A DNA stretch of 64,000 nt, from positions 100,859-164,858 of the forward strand of contig JBBIIG010000004.1 of NCBI GenBank assembly GCA_037446635.1, read 5' to 3'. This DNA is from a bacterium. Lineage in GTDB: Bacteria; Zhuqueibacterota; Zhuqueibacteria; Oceanimicrobiales; Oceanimicrobiaceae. The position numbers and the translations under genes were made by a program. Of the stretch, positions 58,393 to 64,000 are shown piece after piece; positions within the stretch are counted from its first letter, which is position 1, and the number at the start of each line of letters is the position of its first letter. The notes beneath the pieces are model-generated. The model searched no databases. It was not told the DNA's origin and was given only the letters and a program-made list of their open reading frames with translations.

Positions 58393-59013
58393 ATGATTGA
58401 CAAAAAATTACTTGCATCTGCACACAAAAAGAAAAAGTTGATTTACCAGGCTGATTTAGAAGATGCCAATGTTTTGGCTAACCAACCTCCAACCAAAGCA
58501 ACCCTCTACTCACTTGACGAGATAGCCGTTTTAATTGAAGACATGATGTCCATCGATGCCCCGACAGACTCTCGCGGCAGAATTCTTGAAGTCCGCCCGA
58601 AAGGACACTGGTTTGAATTTGAAGTTGCAAAAAGATTGGGATACAACTATCCTCCGGGAAGTGGGTTATTTCCTGATATTCGACATCAAGCGCTTGAAAT
58701 CAAACACCACACCGGCAAAAACATTACCGTTGATTTTGGAAGATATCATCCTGGCTCCGATGATGTGATAAACGAGATTTGGAATCGGCAACTCAAGTTA
58801 CGTGTGAAAGATATTCGCTATCTGATTGCGTTGGCCCCTCCGCCGAACTATAAAGTTGACACTCTCATTCTTCTAACAGGTGCGCAAATTGTCGATGTCT
58901 TTGGTGTATCGCCGAAGGCAACCATTAAATATCAAATGGGAATTTCCGAGAAGTGGCGAGATGAACACCGGGGCAAAATGATGGTTGGTGAAACGATTTG
59001 GCGGAAAGAATAG
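58393..59013 (+). CDS. Putative restriction endonuclease (PD-(D/E)xK-like) cognate to the methyltransferase
   Basis: 206 aa; start codon overlaps the MTase stop (TGAATG); candidate catalytic motif ...LFPDIRHQALEIKHH (PD-x7-E-x-K); no recognizable family otherwise. Confidence 0.4.
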   Translation: MIDKKLLASAHKKKKLIYQADLEDANVLANQPPTKATLYSLDEIAVLIEDMMSIDAPTDSRGRILEVRPKGHWFEFEVAKRLGYNYPPGSGLFPDIRHQALEIKHHTGKNITVDFGRYHPGSDDVINEIWNRQLKLRVKDIRYLIALAPPPNYKVDTLILLTGAQIVDVFGVSPKATIKYQMGISEKWRDEHRGKMMVGETIWRKE

Positions 59014-59102
59014 GCCACACTCGGGAGCTTACTCCGCGGAAGAATTAAGACAACAGTATGCGACCAAGTGCCCACACACACTTGGTCGCATGACGCTGTT
59101 TC

Positions 59103-62100
59103 CTATTTTTGCAACGTAATTCTGTGAACGAGTATCTGCTTACCCACCTCCAGACGCACAAAATAAATTCCCGAACCCACTTCAATGCCGTCGTCATCGC
59201 GACCGTCCCAACGAACGCGCTTGAACCCGGCTTCCTGAAATCCACTTAACAACGTGCGCACCTGCTGACCGCGAATGTTAAACACACGCAGCTTAATTAT
59301 GCCGTCCTGCGGCAGACTGAAGGGAATGGTCGTCTCCAAATTAAACGGGTTGGGATAGTTGGATTCGAGAGCGACGCGCTCCGGCAACAATCCATCCGAA
59401 ACCTTCCGGTCAGGTTGTTGCGGTGCAGCTTCCAAACCGGAACTGGTTTCAACCACTAACTCCGGTTGGTGTGGCCCTTCTTTGGAACTGAAGTGAACCA
59501 CGTCCGTGGATTTTTTGACGATCGCGAAGCTGTAAATGCCATTGCCGCCAACCGCGGCACTGACATCCAACTCCACCCAAGTATTGAGACTCGTTGGGCC
59601 AATCGCGGCAAGCGGAGCGCCTTCAATCAACGGCGCGTTGTTCCAATTCAAGCCGGTTTCGCTCCACGGCGAAGCGGTTCCCTGATAATTGTTCGATACA
59701 AGATAAAGCTCGCCGCCCTCCGGACTACTATCGGTAACATAGAGTCGAAGAGTCGCCCGCAAAATCGTTGACGTCACCGCGCTGAGATCGAACTTCAAAT
59801 AACTATTCAAGATTTCACTGGTAACCATCTCGCTGCCGGAGTTGAGCGATCGCAGAGTCGTCGAAGTTGCGGCGGTGGCGGTTGGGTTCGACAACCTCAC
59901 ATAGGCATCATCCGAAGGATAAAACACAGAGGTGTGCCGGGACGGAGCGACGACGAAATCATCCGCGCTGCTGACGGCGCCGCCGGCAGCGATGACGGTA
60001 ATTCTGCCAGTCGTCGCTTGCAGCGGAACCCAAGCGCGGATCTGGGTATTCGAATCCACCACAAAACTACCGGCAGAGACGCCGTTGAAATTAACGCGCC
60101 GGGCGCCGTAAAAATGGTTTCCCAAAATGGCGACCTGCGTTCCCACGGAACCGCTGATCGGATCGATGGAAGAAATGACCGGCGGCGCATGCGGTTCTTC
60201 CCCAGAGAGAATCACCAGTTGCGGAGCGTTACCGCCGCCTTTGGAATCATACTCAACCATGTCAGCAGAATTGTTCCTCAACCCAAAACTCACGAGGCCG
60301 TTGCCAGTAATAGCCGGCGTCACATCAAACTCGACCCACTGGCCGGCCTCGACGACGCCTGCGCTGCTGAGGGCGGCCCCGCTGATGAGCGGCGCGTTAT
60401 CATAGCAAATCTCGGTTTCGTTCCAGGCCGTTACTGTATCCTTAAAGTTGTTCGAGACCACATAAACCGAGCCGCCGCTGGCGCCGCCGGATTCAACAAA
60501 CAGACGCAGCTTGGCAAGTTGCGCCGGCCCATTCAAGCCGCTAACCATGAACTTGAGATAGCTGTTGGTATTTGGGGAATTCGATTTCAAACGCAGGGTG
60601 GATTCCCCGCCGAAATTGCTGGTGGGCTGAGAGGAACGCACATAGGCCGCATCCAGCAGTTGCGCCGCCGGGCCCTTTGCCGTGGGCGCCGTTCCCTTGC
60701 CAAACAAATTCACTTCCTTTTGCTTGACATTGGGGTTATTGCTGTAAAAACGCAGCTTGATATTTTTGACGCCCTCGGAGGTGGGATTATAGTGCACCAC
60801 CACGTCGCGGGTGACTCCTGGCGCCAGCGTAAACGCGCCGTCGCTCTCCAGGCTGAATTGGCTTGCGTCGCCGCCGGTGAAAGACACGCCAGTAATCTGT
60901 ACGGCTTCGGCGCCGTTGTTGGTTACAGTGATGGTTTTGGATTCGCTGCTGCCAACTTCAACTTCACCAAAATTGTGAGCGGAGAAATTCACAATTAGGT
61001 TGGACGAGCCACAGGGCTCGCGATTAATCGGTTGGCTATTGGAAGTCCACGGCGTCCGGTTAAATGAAAAGCCGACGTTGGGCTCCACAGAAACCGTCAC
61101 CTGAACCGGGAGCGTATTTCCGCGTTCTACTTGCACCCGCGTCATGTTGGCTTCCAGCCAGGGGCTATCAAACTTCCACGAGTGGCCATCACCGTGCATA
61201 TACAGCACCGGCTTTCCAAAGGCCACGGCGGCCACACGAAATTGATCGAAGAATACATCTCGCCCGCCGCCTGTTCCTGCGTGCCCAAACACCACCACCG
61301 CGCGCACTTGCGAGCCATACTCTTGCATTTTTTGCGTGACCCAATCGGCATCCTGCTGGATGCGGGTTTGAGATCCGCTCTCGGAGCCATTGGGGAGATT
61401 GATCCCCGCAAACAACACACCTTTCATCACAAAGGCGATGTTTTCCGGCCGCACGTCTTGGTGTTCATGGTTAGGCGTGCCGCAAAAACCGTCTTCAAAG
61501 TTCAAAAAATATTGCAGCCACCATGAGAACGCTTGATCGCGGTTAGAACAATCCGTCCACTCATTGTCGCCAATTAGCACGAAAACCGGCAGCACCGAGG
61601 TCTTCAAGACATCCGCCACATCACGATAGATGCTTTCGGTACAGGAACCGCTGCCGCTCTTGATATCACCAACGTGCACCAGAAATTCAGATGGACTGTA
61701 CAGGTTGTGATTGTCGATATGCGTTTGCAGCGTGGCGTACTCGCTTGAGCTGTAGGGCACGTCGCCGGTCACCGAAAAAATCATCACGCTGCCAGTGGCT
61801 GAGGTAACGGTTACTGTGACGGTCGCCTGGTTCGAGATCGCGCCATCGTCATCTCGAACCGTGTACGTAAATACGTCGCTGCCCGTGAACCCAGCATTCG
61901 GCGTGTAAGTTACCACCCCGGTTGTTGGGTTGACGCTGGTGATACCGTTACTCGGCTGGCTGCTGATTACCACCGTGGCGGCGTCGATGTTGCCGTCCAC
62001 ATCGGTATCGTTAGAGAGCACCGTAATATTGACCGAAACCCCTTCGATCGTACTGGCGGCGTCGTTCACGGCTACCGGCGGATCATTGATATCGTTGACG

Positions 62101-64000
62101 GTCACCGTCACGGTGGCGATGTTGGAAATATTTCCAACATCATCCTGAACCGTGTATGTAAACGTGTCTGTACCGAAGAAATCAGCGGCCGGCGTATAGG
62201 TCACCACTCCGGTTGCGGAATTCGCAGCGGCCGTCCCGTTGGCCGGCGGCGTCTGTATCGCCACCGTAGTAGGATTGATGGCGCCGTCGCTATCGCTGTC
62301 ATTCGCCAGCACCGAAATAGCCACCGCCACATCTTCGTCGGTGATAGCGGAATCGTCCAGAGCAACCGGTGGATTCCCAACTGGCGGGGAAACACCATTA
62401 CCGCTTAAACTTACATCCTTCGGGTTCTCGTCCACATCATTGTTGTCGAACCGTAGAATCGCGGTCTTGGTACCTCCCGAAGTCGGGTTAAAACTCACGA
62501 CGACATCGCGGCTCTGAGCCGGTGTGAGCGTAAATGCCCCGCCACCGCTGGTTATAGAAAACTCATTCGCATCGGTTCCTACCAGAGTGGTTGAAGTGAT
62601 TATCAAATCTGCCGCTCCATCGTTCGACACCACAAAGGTGTGCGGCGAACTGGTCCCGGTCGAGACGCTGCCGTAATCATGAGACTGCGGCGTCACCGTA
62701 ATGTCGTTAGTTGGGCTGCTTCCACCGCTGCCGGGTTTTATTTCCAAACCGATGACAGCCCAATCGGTGGTGCTGCTGAAAGACCCGTTCAGCACCACAC
62801 TTGAAGGCGTGCTTACGTTTCGATCCTGTACCGCCACGCCAGCGCCGCTGCCGGTACTCCCCAGGGTGAACTCTCCTCGTTCGGTGTAGGCCGTACCCGC
62901 TGTGTGCGGTTTGACCCGCATCGCCACCGCGCCAAATACCAGTGCGCCGTTAACGGTGGTTGTAATATTAAATGAATACGAATCCGTGTCCGAGCCCCCG
63001 GAACATGCCCCGGCCACTCCAGTCGTGTTGCCGGAGACTATCGCTCCTATTGGATTCGAAGCTACTCCAGAATACCGGGCCACCACAATCACCGCGGTGC
63101 TGGGCGCGCTGGCCAAAGTCGCCGTCACCACGCCACTGCCACTGGGAGTCCCCTTCGCCATCCACACCTCGACGCCAGTCTGATTCCGCCCCGCACACTG
63201 GCTCGCCACGCGCGTCCATGTCAAACCCAAGCCCGAAACCCCCGTTACTTCTCGATTACTCTTCGCCGCAATCGCCGCCAAATACAAATGGCCGTTCACG
63301 CCCGTCATACTCGCCGACGTCGATACAATCACAGAACTCTCTGAGCCTCCTGTTTGCAGCTCTTCGAATGTTACGCTCCCACCGCCTGGGCTGGCTAACC
63401 CGTTTCCGCTTAAAATCACATTCAGCGGATTTTCATCCGCATCGTTAGAATCAACCCGCAGCATCGCATTCTTCAAGCCCGCGCTGGTGGGGTTGAAGCT
63501 GACGACCACGTCGCGGCTCGCGCTCGGCGCTAACGTAAACGAACCGCCGCCGCTGTCAATAGTAAACTGGCTCGAATCCGCTCCCACCAAGCTTGTCGCA
63601 GTTACCAACAAATCCGCACTGCCTTCGTTCACAACCACGAAAGTCTGGGCAAAGCTGTTTCCTTCTTCAACGTCGCCATAATTGTGAGATGTGGGGATCA
63701 CGGTGATTTCCGGATTGCCGGAAACGATCACGGTAACGACGGCGACGTTGGAGGTGGCGCCGCTGTTATCGTTTACAGTATATGTAAATGTATCTTCGCC
63801 TACAAAGCCGCCATCCGGAGTATAGGCTATTACTCCGGTGGTAGTATCAACTTCGGCGGCGCCGTTGGACGGCTGACTGGCTACCACGACCGTGGTTACA
63901 TCGATGAACCCGTCCACATCGCTGTCATTTGCCGTAACATTGATGTCGATTGGAGTTTCTTCTTGAGTCGCCGTCGTGTCGTTCACCGCCACCGGCGCCA
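59103..64000 (-). CDS. Giant secreted multidomain protein (partial, N-terminus beyond window): tandem cadherin/VCBS-like Ig repeats, calcineurin-like metallophosphoesterase domain, further Ig/FN3-like domains, T9SS type A C-terminal sorting domain
   Basis: Over 1629 aa; repeated ...VNDAPVAVND.A.T.E.. modules; phosphoesterase motifs (VHVGDIKSG, GDNEW, VFGHAGTG, HGDGH); the C-terminus reads LESNYPNPFNLETTIPFSLPQDGIIKLRVFNIRGQQVRTLL...GIYFVRLEV...ITLQK. Confidence 0.6.
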   Translation of the reverse strand, partial: APVAVNDTTATQEETPIDINVTANDSDVDGFIDVTTVVVASQPSNGAAEVDTTTGVIAYTPDGGFVGEDTFTYTVNDNSGATSNVAVVTVIVSGNPEITVIPTSHNYGDVEEGNSFAQTFVVVNEGSADLLVTATSLVGADSSQFTIDSGGGSFTLAPSASRDVVVSFNPTSAGLKNAMLRVDSNDADENPLNVILSGNGLASPGGGSVTFEELQTGGSESSVIVSTSASMTGVNGHLYLAAIAAKSNREVTGVSGLGLTWTRVASQCAGRNQTGVEVWMAKGTPSGSGVVTATLASAPSTAVIVVARYSGVASNPIGAIVSGNTTGVAGACSGGSDTDSYSFNITTTVNGALVFGAVAMRVKPHTAGTAYTERGEFTLGSTGSGAGVAVQDRNVSTPSSVVLNGSFSSTTDWAVIGLEIKPGSGGSSPTNDITVTPQSHDYGSVSTGTSSPHTFVVSNDGAADLIITSTTLVGTDANEFSITSGGGAFTLTPAQSRDVVVSFNPTSGGTKTAILRFDNNDVDENPKDVSLSGNGVSPPVGNPPVALDDSAITDEDVAVAISVLANDSDSDGAINPTTVAIQTPPANGTAAANSATGVVTYTPAADFFGTDTFTYTVQDDVGNISNIATVTVTVNDINDPPVAVNDAASTIEGVSVNITVLSNDTDVDGNIDAATVVISSQPSNGITSVNPTTGVVTYTPNAGFTGSDVFTYTVRDDDGAISNQATVTVTVTSATGSVMIFSVTGDVPYSSSEYATLQTHIDNHNLYSPSEFLVHVGDIKSGSGSCTESIYRDVADVLKTSVLPVFVLIGDNEWTDCSNRDQAFSWWLQYFLNFEDGFCGTPNHEHQDVRPENIAFVMKGVLFAGINLPNGSESGSQTRIQQDADWVTQKMQEYGSQVRAVVVFGHAGTGGGRDVFFDQFRVAAVAFGKPVLYMHGDGHSWKFDSPWLEANMTRVQVERGNTLPVQVTVSVEPNVGFSFNRTPWTSNSQPINREPCGSSNLIVNFSAHNFGEVEVGSSESKTITVTNNGAEAVQITGVSFTGGDASQFSLESDGAFTLAPGVTRDVVVHYNPTSEGVKNIKLRFYSNNPNVKQKEVNLFGKGTAPTAKGPAAQLLDAAYVRSSQPTSNFGGESTLRLKSNSPNTNSYLKFMVSGLNGPAQLAKLRLFVESGGASGGSVYVVSNNFKDTVTAWNETEICYDNAPLISGAALSSAGVVEAGQWVEFDVTPAITGNGLVSFGLRNNSADMVEYDSKGGGNAPQLVILSGEEPHAPPVISSIDPISGSVGTQVAILGNHFYGARRVNFNGVSAGSFVVDSNTQIRAWVPLQATTGRITVIAAGGAVSSADDFVVAPSRHTSVFYPSDDAYVRLSNPTATAATSTTLRSLNSGSEMVTSEILNSYLKFDLSAVTSTILRATLRLYVTDSSPEGGELYLVSNNYQGTASPWSETGLNWNNAPLIEGAPLAAIGPTSLNTWVELDVSAAVGGNGIYSFAIVKKSTDVVHFSSKEGPHQPELVVETSSGLEAAPQQPDRKVSDGLLPERVALESNYPNPFNLETTIPFSLPQDGIIKLRVFNIRGQQVRTLLSGFQEAGFKRVRWDGRDDDGIEVGSGIYFVRLEVGKQILVHRITLQK

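Overview
This is a high-GC (~58%) bacterial chromosomal segment, probably from an uncultured member of the FCB-type superphylum, because two giant secreted proteins end in T9SS-type C-terminal sorting domains. It also contains several AT-rich (~38-42% GC) islands.

The metabolic backbone is:
- a complex I nuo operon (nuoA-B-CD-E-F-G) directly downstream of 2-oxoacid dehydrogenase E1 alpha/beta genes
- a PrpD/MmgE dehydratase
- an IDH/IMDH-family dehydrogenase
- a split citryl-CoA synthetase/lyase-like trio (SucC-like + SucD-like + short citrate-synthase-like)
- LipB and LpdA
- a LeuC-like dehydratase
- TRAP DctQM
- DapF
- a PaaA/D/B/C-like diiron oxygenase cluster
- an amt-glnK-glnA operon
- a DPP-IV-type S9 peptidase

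The regulatory genes are:
- an NtrC-type two-component pair: a sensor kinase plus a sigma54-dependent response regulator. Downstream is a strong sigma54 promoter in front of a secreted helical-repeat protein and a giant T9SS-sorted adhesin-like protein
- a LiaF-like + LytS + LytTR three-component module
- an Lrp regulator

Other notable content:
- Many small toxin-antitoxin-like pairs sit between or inside metabolic operons: two HicAB pairs, BrnTA, VapBC, DUF4160/DUF2442, DUF433/DUF5615, a DUF6516 pair, and a CopG-like remnant. Several of the toxin-like genes carry a frameshift or an in-frame stop.
- An AT-rich Eco57I-family MTase plus a small PD-(D/E)xK protein looks like an acquired type II R-M island.
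- An AT-rich two-gene membrane/HEPN-like (DUF4145-like) cassette splits the two-component pair.
- At least three families of intergenic elements have tandem 7-8 bp units followed by tandem reverse-complement units (composite hairpins). They recur after genes and inside operons.

All calls come from reading the translations and the sequence directly; no database search was possible.
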